Shown: positions 51,544 through 60,439 of the stretch, one piece after another
Layout of the letters: the number at the start of each line of letters is the position of its first letter
How positions within the stretch are numbered: the stretch's first letter is position 1
Assembly: GCA_028716045.1 (NCBI GenBank)
Contig: JAQUQO010000001.1
Span: forward strand, 384,942 to 448,941
DNA: 64,000 bases
Source of the DNA: Patescibacteria group bacterium
GTDB lineage: Bacteria; Patescibacteriota; Patescibacteriia; JAQUQO01
Direction of reading: 5' to 3'
Program-made: the position numbers and the translations under genes
Notes under the pieces: generated by a model
What the model saw: the letters and a program-made list of their open reading frames with translations, nothing else
Database searches by the model: none
What the model was told of the DNA's origin: nothing

Positions 51544-51564
51544 CAAGTCCTCTCAGCCCGACCA
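51544..51564 (+). repeat. Direct repeat of the tRNA-Pro 3' end (caagtcctctcagcccga) followed by CCA
   Basis: An 18-nt exact copy of tRNA positions 56-73 lies 90 bp downstream of the gene. This copy is followed by CCA, whereas the gene is not. Confidence 0.6.
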
Positions 51565-51598
51565 TTCGACTTCGTTCTTTGAGAAAGGAGAAATTTAA

Positions 51599-52207
51599 AT
51601 GAATATCGAAAATCTTGTTCAAGGAAAGATAGAAAAATACGAGACAAAAAACGGGCTTGGCCATACGGCAAAAATTTTTTTAGCCCTTAGCTCCGTTAAC
51701 CATCCGGAGGTGAAGGAACATAATGAAAGAGTTGCCTTACTGGCCGAAGCGATAGCGGGGAAATTGAAAAAAGATAAAAAAGCGGCTTTTTTTGGCGGGC
51801 TTCTCCACGACGTAGGAAAAATATTATTCCCCTATAAATTATTTGACGGGCACGACATAACCGGAGAGGAATATGAAGAAATTAAAAAGCACGCCCTCGC
51901 CGGCTTCAATGCCCTCAAAAATTTTCACGCTTTTACCGCGCTCTGCGCCGGGCTCCACCATGCTCTTTATATGAGAGGTTATGGTCTAAAAATTGATGAC
52001 TTCCCGAAAAAGTGGGGGCTCCATACTATTAAAAAAGTTCTGGAAATTTCTGCTATTATTTCCGTGGCTGACTTTATTGACGCCGCCACCCACCGCCAGA
52101 CAATACTGAAAGACGCGCCGGGAGACAAATCTTGGGAAACAATTTTGCGAGAGAAATATCCGGAAGACCAACTCATTATAGATACGGCCCTATCTCTGAA
52201 CCGATGA
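51599..52207 (+). CDS. HD-domain phosphohydrolase
   Basis: H...HD motif LLHDVGKILF plus further metal-binding His. Confidence 0.7.
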   Translation: MNIENLVQGKIEKYETKNGLGHTAKIFLALSSVNHPEVKEHNERVALLAEAIAGKLKKDKKAAFFGGLLHDVGKILFPYKLFDGHDITGEEYEEIKKHALAGFNALKNFHAFTALCAGLHHALYMRGYGLKIDDFPKKWGLHTIKKVLEISAIISVADFIDAATHRQTILKDAPGDKSWETILREKYPEDQLIIDTALSLNR

Positions 52208-52360
52208 TAAAAATAACCGCCCCGAAACTCGGGACGGTTATTTATTTCTAAACGTTTGACACCTTTAAATAAAAATGATATCGTGTCATATTGTCCTAAT
52301 TTTTGGACAATTTTAATAATCTTTGGTCTTTTAAAAACTATAAATAAAGGAGAAACTGAA

Positions 52361-53560
52361 ATGAGAAAGTTAACTGGTTTTGAAAAGGAACGACGCCAAT
52401 GGTTAGTGAAAGAACTTCGTTATTTAGGGCTAACCACTCCGGAAATCGCCAAGGCCATCAATTTTAGCGAATCCCTGGTTCACGCCATTCTTAAAGAATG
52501 TAAAGTTAATAAAAATAAGCAAAAAAGAACCGAAACCTTCGGTTTGGCGTTTCGGCGTTATGCTGAACTAGAAACGACAGAACTGAAAACAAGGCAAGAG
52601 GAAGAACTTTGTTGTATTTTGAGAAAATGGCTGGGGATTGAGAGAAAACGCATTGTCGATTTTTTTGAAGGCGTTGTTGAAACTTTGCAAGAGCTTACCA
52701 TTCTTTTCTACCCGCCCGGATGTGAAGCGTACATCAATCTTCTCCGCGTGGTGTTCGGCGAAAAAATTTACCAAGGCATATTCTCTTCGGGAATTATGAA
52801 TGATGAAATGCTTCTTAAGTATTTGCAGGAAGAAATAGACGATGAAATTGCTAAACGGTGGGAAAAATATTTGAAAGAAGTCGCCGATGGCGCTATCCCG
52901 CCTCCCCATTCTCTCGCAGGAGCAAAAGCGCCCCTAATGAGAGAATATCTTGCTGAATATCGTTCTCAAATTATGCCCACCCTAACTGACACTTCTCTCA
53001 AATACATTGACGCCATTATCTCGAGCACTCTGACTGAACGCGAAGCGCGAATTATTCGCCTGCGGTTTGGCTTAAAAGATGGTGGCGTTCCTCACACCTT
53101 GAAAGAAATTGGACAAAAGCTTGGTGTTACTCTAGAGCGTATCCGCCAGATTGAGGGCAAAGCACTCCGAAAACTCCGCCATCCGTCAAAGGGGCTTAAA
53201 TATCTTGGACGACCGCTTCACAGCACTCTTGAAAAAGAGATTAAAGAAAAAACAAGGGAAATAGAAGCGGCGCTAAGGATCGCTGAAATGACAACCTTAT
53301 CAAAAAAATACCCCCTGTTACCAATGCTTCTAAGACCAACAGAGGAGATAAAGTTCTCAATCCGCGCCTCTAACTGTTTAAGAAATGCTGACATTAAATA
53401 TATCGGCGAACTTGTCCAAAAAACGGAAAAAGAATTGCTCAAGACCAGATACTTCGGGCGTAAATCACTCCGTGAGATAGAAGAAGTTCTAGCGGACATG
53501 GGGCTTTCTCTCGGTATGAATCTTGACGATGAACTGAAAGAAGCAATAAAACAACTCTGA
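52361..53560 (+). CDS. Chimeric transcription protein: N-terminal domain of unknown function, then sigma-70 region-4 HTH, then RNA polymerase alpha-subunit C-terminal domain (alpha-CTD)
   Basis: [15 protein letters not shown]...[31 protein letters not shown] aligns with RpoD region 4.2 at about 60% identity. [53 protein letters not shown] aligns with E. coli RpoA alpha-CTD at about 60% identity. No sigma region 2 or alpha N-terminal domain is present. Start chosen at an ATG after AAAGGAGAAA. Confidence 0.75.
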   Translation: MRKLTGFEKERRQWLVKELRYLGLTTPEIAKAINFSESLVHAILKECKVNKNKQKRTETFGLAFRRYAELETTELKTRQEEELCCILRKWLGIERKRIVDFFEGVVETLQELTILFYPPGCEAYINLLRVVFGEKIYQGIFSSGIMNDEMLLKYLQEEIDDEIAKRWEKYLKEVADGAIPPPHSLAGAKAPLMREYLAEYRSQIMPTLTDTSLKYIDAIISSTLTEREARIIRLRFGLKDGGVPHTLKEIGQKLGVTLERIRQIEGKALRKLRHPSKGLKYLGRPLHSTLEKEIKEKTREIEAALRIAEMTTLSKKYPLLPMLLRPTEEIKFSIRASNCLRNADIKYIGELVQKTEKELLKTRYFGRKSLREIEEVLADMGLSLGMNLDDELKEAIKQL

Positions 53561-53629
53561 GACAGAAAAATGTAATTGCGCAACGAACACAAAAGACCCC
53601 GACAACGAAGGGGTCTTTTTTAATTTAAA

Positions 53630-54097
53630 TTAATAATGATAACTCCTGCCGGTGGAAATCATAACGGCGCGGTAGAGTTGTTCTAAAAGCACCACCCGCG
53701 CCAGTTCGTGCGGCAGAGTCATTTTGGAGAGCGACATTTTTTGGCCGACGCGAGTAAGAACGGCGCTATCAAACCCCAGTGCTCCGCCGATGACAAAAAT
53801 AAAATGCCGGTTTTTATTTTCCAAATATCCCGCGAATTCCACGGACGAAAATTCTTTCCCGCGTTCATCTAGAATAATAACTTCCTCCGCGGGAAATTTT
53901 TCTAAAAAATCCATAATCCTCTCTGCTTCTACTTTCTTTGATTTCTCTTTGTCCGAATCGCGTTTAAACGGCTCGGATTTTAATTCGCACACGTTAATTT
54001 TCGCGTAAGGTTTCAAACGCTTTAAATATTCCGAGATCGCATCGCTCCAATATTTTTCTTTAATTTTGCCGACAGCTAAAATTGTGATTCTAAACAT
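53630..54097 (-). CDS. rlmH: 23S rRNA (pseudouridine1915-N3)-methyltransferase RlmH (SPOUT)
   Basis: ITILAVGKIK...IFVIGGALGFD...LPHELARVVLLEQLYRA. Confidence 0.9.
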   Translation of the reverse strand: MFRITILAVGKIKEKYWSDAISEYLKRLKPYAKINVCELKSEPFKRDSDKEKSKKVEAERIMDFLEKFPAEEVIILDERGKEFSSVEFAGYLENKNRHFIFVIGGALGFDSAVLTRVGQKMSLSKMTLPHELARVVLLEQLYRAVMISTGRSYHY

Positions 54098-54141
54098 AAA
54101 AACAAAAAGCCCCGAACTGACGCCGGAGCTTTTAAATTATA

Positions 54142-54705
54142 TTATTCTAAACTCTTGCTGTAATTAATGTTTATCTGGGTTAAGGAAGAAAACATCTCTT
54201 CGGTGTCAACACTGACCGAAACTGAAGCGCCGTCTTTTTCCGCGTCCACGGAATAAGAACTGCCTTCACTTGACTGGCTGGTTATTTTCCAGCCGTCGGC
54301 GAATAACTTTTGATAAAAACTCTTTGCCTTGGCAAATTCATCGGTTGTCTTAACGGTAACGTCAAAACTTAATTCGTAATCACTGGAATTATCGGAAACT
54401 CCGGTCACTTTGCTATCTGAAGTATAGGCCAACTCCTTGGGAAATTTTGCCGGCAAATCCAAGGACTCGGCTTTCTCAAATTCCAAAAGCTCGTACTTCT
54501 GACTTACTTTGGCTAAATTTTCCAGGGCCTTACCAGCGTCTTCCGTATCCCCTTCACCTAAGGCCTTACCTAAATCGCCCAACTCTTGCGTAGCTTTGTA
54601 CTGGTCTAAAATTGACGGCTCGCCGGTGGTTTTACCACAACCGCTAAATAATACGGCGCAAAGCGGCAGCAGGAGAACTAAACCTAAAACTTTTTTGTTT
54701 AGCAT
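54142..54705 (-). CDS. Lipoprotein (hypothetical)
   Basis: Lipobox LFSGCGK and an acidic mature chain. Confidence 0.5.
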   Translation of the reverse strand: MLNKKVLGLVLLLPLCAVLFSGCGKTTGEPSILDQYKATQELGDLGKALGEGDTEDAGKALENLAKVSQKYELLEFEKAESLDLPAKFPKELAYTSDSKVTGVSDNSSDYELSFDVTVKTTDEFAKAKSFYQKLFADGWKITSQSSEGSSYSVDAEKDGASVSVSVDTEEMFSSLTQININYSKSLE

Positions 54706-54757
54706 AACTTATTGAGTTAATAATATTAGTTAATTATAAAATTGCCCGGCCGAAACG

Positions 54758-55534
54758 TCAAATGAAAATTTTTATCCCCACCGGGCAATGGTCGGAGCCC
54801 TTAACTTCATTTAAAATAAAAGCGTCTGCTAATTTGTTTTTTAACTTTGCTGATGCCAAAAAATAATCAATGCGCCAGCCGATATTTCTCGGTCGGGCGT
54901 TGAATTTATAACTCCACCACGAATACTGGATTTTCTTCGGATAAAAATGGCGGAAGGTATCAATAAAACCGGCGGATAAAAAATCATCCATACCGCTCCG
55001 CTCTTCGTCAGTAAAGCCAGCATTACCCCTATTGGGCTCGGGATTTTTTAAATCAATTTCTCTGTGCGCCACATTGAAATCGCCGCAAATAACCACCGGC
55101 TTTTTCTTTTCCAATCTTCGAACGTACTGTAAAACCCCTTTGTTAAAATTAATTTTATAACCAAGTCGCGACAACTCGTGAGTGGCATTGGGAAAATAAA
55201 CGTTCAAAAAATAAAATTTTTCAAATTCCAAGGTCTGCACTCTACCCTCAACGTCAAACTCCCTAACGCCAATCTTCTCAAAATAGCCAACCGGCTTTAT
55301 TCCTTTTTTTAATAAAACCGCCGTGCCGCTGTATCCCGGACGGACCGCCGGATTCCAATACTCGTCATAATCCCGAAAGTCAAATTTTTCCTTGAGTCGG
55401 GCCTCGTTGGTTATTTTTATTTCCTGAATTCCTAAAATATCCGGCTGGTATTTATCTAAAAAATCAACAAAACCATTCCGCACCGCCGCGCGGATACCGT
55501 TGACGTTCCAAGACATTAGTAAGAGATTTCCCAT
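54758..55534 (-). CDS. xth: Exodeoxyribonuclease III (AP endonuclease)
   Basis: MSWNVNGIRA, QEIK, and the C-terminal SDHCPV. Confidence 0.9.
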   Translation of the reverse strand: MGNLLLMSWNVNGIRAAVRNGFVDFLDKYQPDILGIQEIKITNEARLKEKFDFRDYDEYWNPAVRPGYSGTAVLLKKGIKPVGYFEKIGVREFDVEGRVQTLEFEKFYFLNVYFPNATHELSRLGYKINFNKGVLQYVRRLEKKKPVVICGDFNVAHREIDLKNPEPNRGNAGFTDEERSGMDDFLSAGFIDTFRHFYPKKIQYSWWSYKFNARPRNIGWRIDYFLASAKLKNKLADAFILNEVKGSDHCPVGIKIFI

Positions 55535-55560
55535 ATTTATTCAGTATAACAAAAAATCGC

Positions 55561-56241
55561 CTAGGCGGCGATTTTATTAAATTTTTTTAATTCCTCCAAA
55601 CCGTGTTCAAAAAACCTCACGGCTCTGGCGGGATTTTTGCTTTCCTTGCCCCTTACCAAATCTTTCTTAGCACAAGACAAAATTTCCGGGGATAAACGTT
55701 TGGCCAGCGAACCTATTTTTCCGGCTAATTCCTTCTCCAGTAATTCGCGGCGTTCCTGCCATACTTCGTATTCTCTCTTTTGTCTTTCCGTCGCTTCCAC
55801 GGCGGCATCCAGCTTCCGCGAGTTTTCTTCCGCCCGCCGCTTCGCTTCCTCTTTTGCTCGTTTCTCTTTCGCTTCAACTTCTCTTTTGAAACGCTCTTCT
55901 TCCATCTCGTGATGGCTTATCTCCTCCTGCGCCGCTTTTATTATTTCCCCATCGCGTTCACTACTTTTCAAAAGTGCGGCATAAGTTATACGAGGGTTCC
56001 AAAACGCCTTAAAAATATTGGGCTTAAATTCCGGGCGAAGCAACCTTTGCGTCTTCCATACCCATAATATAACGTAATAATAAGCAACAAACGCCCATAA
56101 AAAATGGCCCAGCAAAACTCCTAGAAAAAGATAAGGGTCCTGTCCAGCGTATAAACCGACCAAAAATACGAGTACTCCAAGTATGATAATAGCAATGGAA
56201 ATACCCCTGTTTCTCTTTGCCCAGCTAAGTCTTTTTTCCAT
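55561..56241 (-). CDS. Membrane protein with C-terminal coiled coil (hypothetical)
   Basis: Two TM segments and a Glu/Lys/Arg-rich coiled coil. The promoter is provided by palindromic element copy 5. Confidence 0.4.
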   Translation of the reverse strand: MEKRLSWAKRNRGISIAIIILGVLVFLVGLYAGQDPYLFLGVLLGHFLWAFVAYYYVILWVWKTQRLLRPEFKPNIFKAFWNPRITYAALLKSSERDGEIIKAAQEEISHHEMEEERFKREVEAKEKRAKEEAKRRAEENSRKLDAAVEATERQKREYEVWQERRELLEKELAGKIGSLAKRLSPEILSCAKKDLVRGKESKNPARAVRFFEHGLEELKKFNKIAA

Positions 56242-56307
56242 TTTGTTCCTCCTTGATTTTTTGATTTTGAAAAGAGCTTACTAAATATACTATAAAAAAT
56301 CTGCCAA

Positions 56308-56374
56308 TCTGTCAAGACCCGTCAGTCGCGACTGACGGGTCAAGACACGTCGATTGCGACCGACATGTCAAGCG
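56308..56374. repeat. Palindromic operator/promoter element copy 5, with a degenerate second tandem copy
   Basis: ctgtcaagacccgtcagtcgcgactgacgggtcaagac followed by acgtcgattgcgaccgacatgtcaagcg. The minus-strand TTGACA lies 17 nt upstream of TAGTAT, in front of the 55561-56241 gene. Confidence 0.75.
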
Positions 56375-56384
56375 TCCATAAAAA

Positions 56385-56930
56385 TTACGCCGACCGTAGC
56401 GAATACCGGCAGCCGCAATAGTTTTGGCGGTAGATTTTTCTTTCGGCAATCATTTTTTGCGCCCTTTCCTGCCGCCCGACGGTTTTCCAGTCAGCTTCAT
56501 AAAATTTAATGCCATATCTCTCACCCAACTCCAAACCGATGGGATTTATCACCTCGGCTTTTTTGTTGTGGCCGCTGGTCAAACTTGTCCCAAAATAATC
56601 AAAACTATTATCTTTGCCGTAACGCGCCGCTCTCTCCAAACGCAGGTTAAAACAGGCCGCACACCGCGCTCCGCCCTCGGGCTCATTTTCCAAACCACGA
56701 ATCGCCTCCTCCCAATCCGCCGGCTCGTAATCCATGTCAATCATTGGAATCCCCCACTCGCGGCAAACGCGCACTACCTCCGCTTTACGTTTTAGATATT
56801 CCTCTTCCGGAAAAATATTAGGATTATAGAAAAAAACAGTTAGGTCAAACCGTTCTTTCAGCTCTTCAATAATAACAATACTGCAAGGCGCGCAACAAGT
56901 ATGGAGTAAAAACTTTTGAAACATAATCAT
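56385..56930 (-). CDS. queH: Epoxyqueuosine reductase QueH (DUF208)
   Basis: LLHTCCAPCS and the C-terminal CGC cluster are conserved QueH motifs. Confidence 0.8.
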   Translation of the reverse strand: MIMFQKFLLHTCCAPCSIVIIEELKERFDLTVFFYNPNIFPEEEYLKRKAEVVRVCREWGIPMIDMDYEPADWEEAIRGLENEPEGGARCAACFNLRLERAARYGKDNSFDYFGTSLTSGHNKKAEVINPIGLELGERYGIKFYEADWKTVGRQERAQKMIAERKIYRQNYCGCRYSLRSA

Positions 56931-56978
56931 TCCTCTAAAATAATAAAAAATGGGCGCGATGATTTTCGACAAAATCGA

Positions 56979-58769
56979 CTACTCTTTATGTCTGGCAAAT
57001 CTCACTCTGTCTATATCAGTCAAAAGTTTTTTGCGCAGACGGACGCTCTTGGGGGTAATTTCCAGATACTCATCCTCGGCCATTACCTCCATACCGCGCT
57101 CCAAGGTCAGGGGCAAAGGCGGAGTAAGTTGAATGGCAATGTCCGCGTTAGAGGAACGCATATTGGTCAAATGTTTACCCTTGATTGGATTAACCGTCAA
57201 TTCCTGCCCCTTGGCGGTATTGCCGATAACCTGTCCTTCATATACTTCCACATTCGGGGCTACATAAAGCACACCCCTTTCCTGAAGATTGGAAAGAGAG
57301 TAAGCCAGCACCTTGCCCGTTTCGCCGGAAATCATGGAACCGACATCTCTCTTTTCAATTTCTCCGACATAAGGGTAAAAACCAATAAATTCACTGCACA
57401 AAATTCCCTCCCCGCGAGTGTCCACTATAAATTCGTTGCGATAGCCGAGCAAGCCGCGAGTGGGTATTTTATAAATTAGCCGCGCGTGATTTTGTTCGGG
57501 GCGCATTTCTATCATCTGGCCTTTTCTTTTGGACATCTTTTCTATAACCGGACCGGCAACATTTTGATTAATATCAATGGTGACTTGCTCAAACGGCTCA
57601 TGCCGCACGCCGTCAATCTCTTTGATAATCACTTGCGGTTGGGAAACCTGCAATTCAAATCCTTCGCGGCGCATATTTTCCAGCAAGATGGCGATATGCA
57701 ATTCTCCACGGCCATAAACTTTGTAATATTCCACCGGAGAAAAATCTATTTTTAAACCAACATTCACTTCCAGCTCTTTTTTTAAACGCTCCTTAAGTCG
57801 GCGGCTGGTCACATATTTTCCTTCCAGACCGGCGAAAGGAGAATTGTTCACTAAAAAATTCAAGGAAATAGTCGGCTCGTCAATTTTAATCGCCGGCAAT
57901 AATTCCTGGTCAGCTTGCGAGCAAACCGTATCCCCGATGTAAATATCCGGCAAGCCGGCCATCATCACAATGTCCCCGGCTAAAACTTCCGGCATTTCTT
58001 TTCTTGTAATGCCTTCAAAAGTAAATAATTTAGTAATGGCTCCGGGAATAATCTCGCCGCTATGTTTTTTTATGAATACTTTGTCGCCGACACCAATCCG
58101 CCCGTCATAAACTCGGCCGATGCCCAAACGCCCCAAATAATTATCATAAGCCAAATTAAACGGCTGAAAAGCAAACGGCAAAGTTATATCTGTCTTCACC
58201 GGAGGGACTTTGGCGAGAATCGTGTCTAAAAGCGGCACCAAATTTTCGGACTCGTCCTGCAACTTCATTTTAGCGATGCCTTGCTTGGCAATCGTGTACA
58301 CTGTGGTGAAATTAAGCTGTTCGTCATTGGCACCTAAATCCATAAAAAGCTCTAAAACTTTTTCCTGCGCCCACTCCGGCCGAGCCGCCGGTTTGTCAAT
58401 TTTATTTAAAACCACAATGGGCTTAAGGCCTAGTTCCAATGATTTTCTCAAAACAAACTTGGTTTGCGGCATCGGACCCTCCTGGGCGTCAACCACCAGC
58501 AATACCGAATCAATGGAACGTAAAACCCGCTCCACCTCCGAACCAAAATCAGCATGGCCCGGTGTGTCCACGATATTAATCTTTGTTCCCTTATAAAATA
58601 CGGACGTATTTTTGGAATAGATGGTAATCCCGCGCTCCATCTCCAAAGCGTTGGAATCCATGCTGATACTATCATCGCTAACCATGCCGGTTTGGCGCAT
58701 CAAAGCATCGGTCAATTTGGTTTTGCCGTGGTCAACATGGGCGATAATTGCGATATTTCTTATTTCCAT
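56979..58769 (-). CDS. typA: Translational GTPase TypA/BipA
   Basis: [34 protein letters not shown] and BipA C-terminal domains. Confidence 0.95.
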   Translation of the reverse strand: MEIRNIAIIAHVDHGKTKLTDALMRQTGMVSDDSISMDSNALEMERGITIYSKNTSVFYKGTKINIVDTPGHADFGSEVERVLRSIDSVLLVVDAQEGPMPQTKFVLRKSLELGLKPIVVLNKIDKPAARPEWAQEKVLELFMDLGANDEQLNFTTVYTIAKQGIAKMKLQDESENLVPLLDTILAKVPPVKTDITLPFAFQPFNLAYDNYLGRLGIGRVYDGRIGVGDKVFIKKHSGEIIPGAITKLFTFEGITRKEMPEVLAGDIVMMAGLPDIYIGDTVCSQADQELLPAIKIDEPTISLNFLVNNSPFAGLEGKYVTSRRLKERLKKELEVNVGLKIDFSPVEYYKVYGRGELHIAILLENMRREGFELQVSQPQVIIKEIDGVRHEPFEQVTIDINQNVAGPVIEKMSKRKGQMIEMRPEQNHARLIYKIPTRGLLGYRNEFIVDTRGEGILCSEFIGFYPYVGEIEKRDVGSMISGETGKVLAYSLSNLQERGVLYVAPNVEVYEGQVIGNTAKGQELTVNPIKGKHLTNMRSSNADIAIQLTPPLPLTLERGMEVMAEDEYLEITPKSVRLRKKLLTDIDRVRFARHKE

Positions 58770-59004
58770 AAAATGTCTAAAGGAGGTTAAACTATAAGTA
58801 TATATTAAAATGGAAAAAATATCAAGACTATTTTAAAACCACCCGAGGGCGGCTTTAAATACTTCCTCAATATCACGTTTTTAAATCTGACCGATAATCA
58901 TGTTAGGATATTTGCGACTAGACAGCGTTCTAACATACAATTTGGCTACGAGAATTAAAGGTGTTAGCATTTTAGGTTGTTTGTTTTATCATTTATCAAT
59001 CGTA

Positions 59005-59673
59005 TCATAATTTCACACCAAGCTTTGATATCTTCATATCGTGTGGAATAAAAATCTGCCGATTAGTTCTTAAATTCTCAGCTACGGCCTTTCTTAATGA
59101 ATATTGCAAGATCACATCGCCACTTCCTGAATGATGACCCAAAGCTCTAGTTGTAGAATCAAGACCGTTTCTTTCTTCTTTAATATTCACTGGCTTTATC
59201 GGCACTTTCTGTCCTCGAAATTTAGCAACAATTAGTCGTCCTGACACAATCGAAAAATTAAATGAAATCAGGCCAAAATAATCATTTGCATTAAGAACGA
59301 CATCAAGCGGGGTTATTTGCTTCTGATATTTTGGCAATTCATTAAAGTTTTTAATTAAATCTTTTAGTATCTCCTGAAAACCAATCTCTGATATTTTTTG
59401 TCTCTCCCCGCATTTTTGAACAATGATATATTTTTCGCCATCATTATTTTTGTGTTTTATACTCACACGGCCACTAGCATGCCACGATACGTGATCTATC
59501 TCCTTTTTAACTTCATCGTTCTGGCTATCTATAAACTTAGTAGATGGTATGTATAAAATATCTCCCGTATATGTTCTAATAATAATCGTCCCGACGTTAA
59601 AATAATCCTCCCTAGATTTAATAATAACCTTATAGTCAACTGATTTTTTAATTTTCCCGGCAATTTCTTCCAT
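59005..59673 (-). CDS. Hypothetical protein (AT-rich gene)
   Basis: 222 aa with no recognised motif. Composition differs from the core genes. Confidence 0.4.
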   Translation of the reverse strand: MEEIAGKIKKSVDYKVIIKSREDYFNVGTIIIRTYTGDILYIPSTKFIDSQNDEVKKEIDHVSWHASGRVSIKHKNNDGEKYIIVQKCGERQKISEIGFQEILKDLIKNFNELPKYQKQITPLDVVLNANDYFGLISFNFSIVSGRLIVAKFRGQKVPIKPVNIKEERNGLDSTTRALGHHSGSGDVILQYSLRKAVAENLRTNRQIFIPHDMKISKLGVKL

Positions 59674-59774
59674 AGTTATGAGAGAAAAAACTTTTCTTTT
59701 TTATAAACTCTTGTCAGCTTTTCTCTCTATCTTCTGTCAACTTCTATCAATTTTGCTGCGGATAATAGACGATG

Positions 59775-60227
59775 TTAAAACCTGCCTAGCGCTTCTTTCG
59801 CATAAAACTTAACAGCGGGACTAATATCAAATTCGGATTTCTCCAAATCTTCTTTGCTAAACCATCTTATATCTTTGTGCTCCACTTCATTAAATATAAA
59901 TTTATCTGATTTAGCTTTCGCAAAATATACAAGCCCTACGTGTTGATGGGTTTCTGAAATTTTATGAATATCTAAAAATGACGGAGTATATAAAAATTTA
60001 GTCCCCTTGGATTCAATGGTTGGTTTTTCGCTTAAAACTTCTATTTCTAATCCGCATTCTTCTTTCGTCTCTCTAAATAGGGCTTCTTCCAGATCTTCGT
60101 TCAATTCAATGTGCCCACCTATAGGCAACCACCTATTAAGCTGCCTATGATATATTAAAAGCACCTTATCTTCATGAACAATAAATATACTTACTATAAA
60201 ATCTATGAGATCGTGAATGTGTGACAT
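59775..60227 (-). CDS. NUDIX hydrolase
   Basis: Nudix box GGHIELNEDLEEALFRETKEECGLEI. Confidence 0.8.
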   Translation of the reverse strand: MSHIHDLIDFIVSIFIVHEDKVLLIYHRQLNRWLPIGGHIELNEDLEEALFRETKEECGLEIEVLSEKPTIESKGTKFLYTPSFLDIHKISETHQHVGLVYFAKAKSDKFIFNEVEHKDIRWFSKEDLEKSEFDISPAVKFYAKEALGRF

Positions 60228-60439
60228 GTTTGTATTTTATTTTAATAACAATCTTCCAACTCTTTAGGTTCGCAAATTCTTTCCAACTTTTTCGTTTATC
60301 CCCTACTTAATCCCATCAACTTTACTCCGAACGCTGAACAAAATCCGGAAAGGGGCATAATATTTAGCATAAATTAAATCTCCCCGTATCGTGAACAATA
60401 TTAAAATCTGAATCTGCCCAAGCCAATTTAGTTGTTGAT

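Noticed and set aside
51372-51671. ORFs overlapping tRNA-Pro (51372-51671 and 51467-51664, minus)
   Set aside because: They are antisense to or overlapping the tRNA and the HD-domain gene start. They are spurious.
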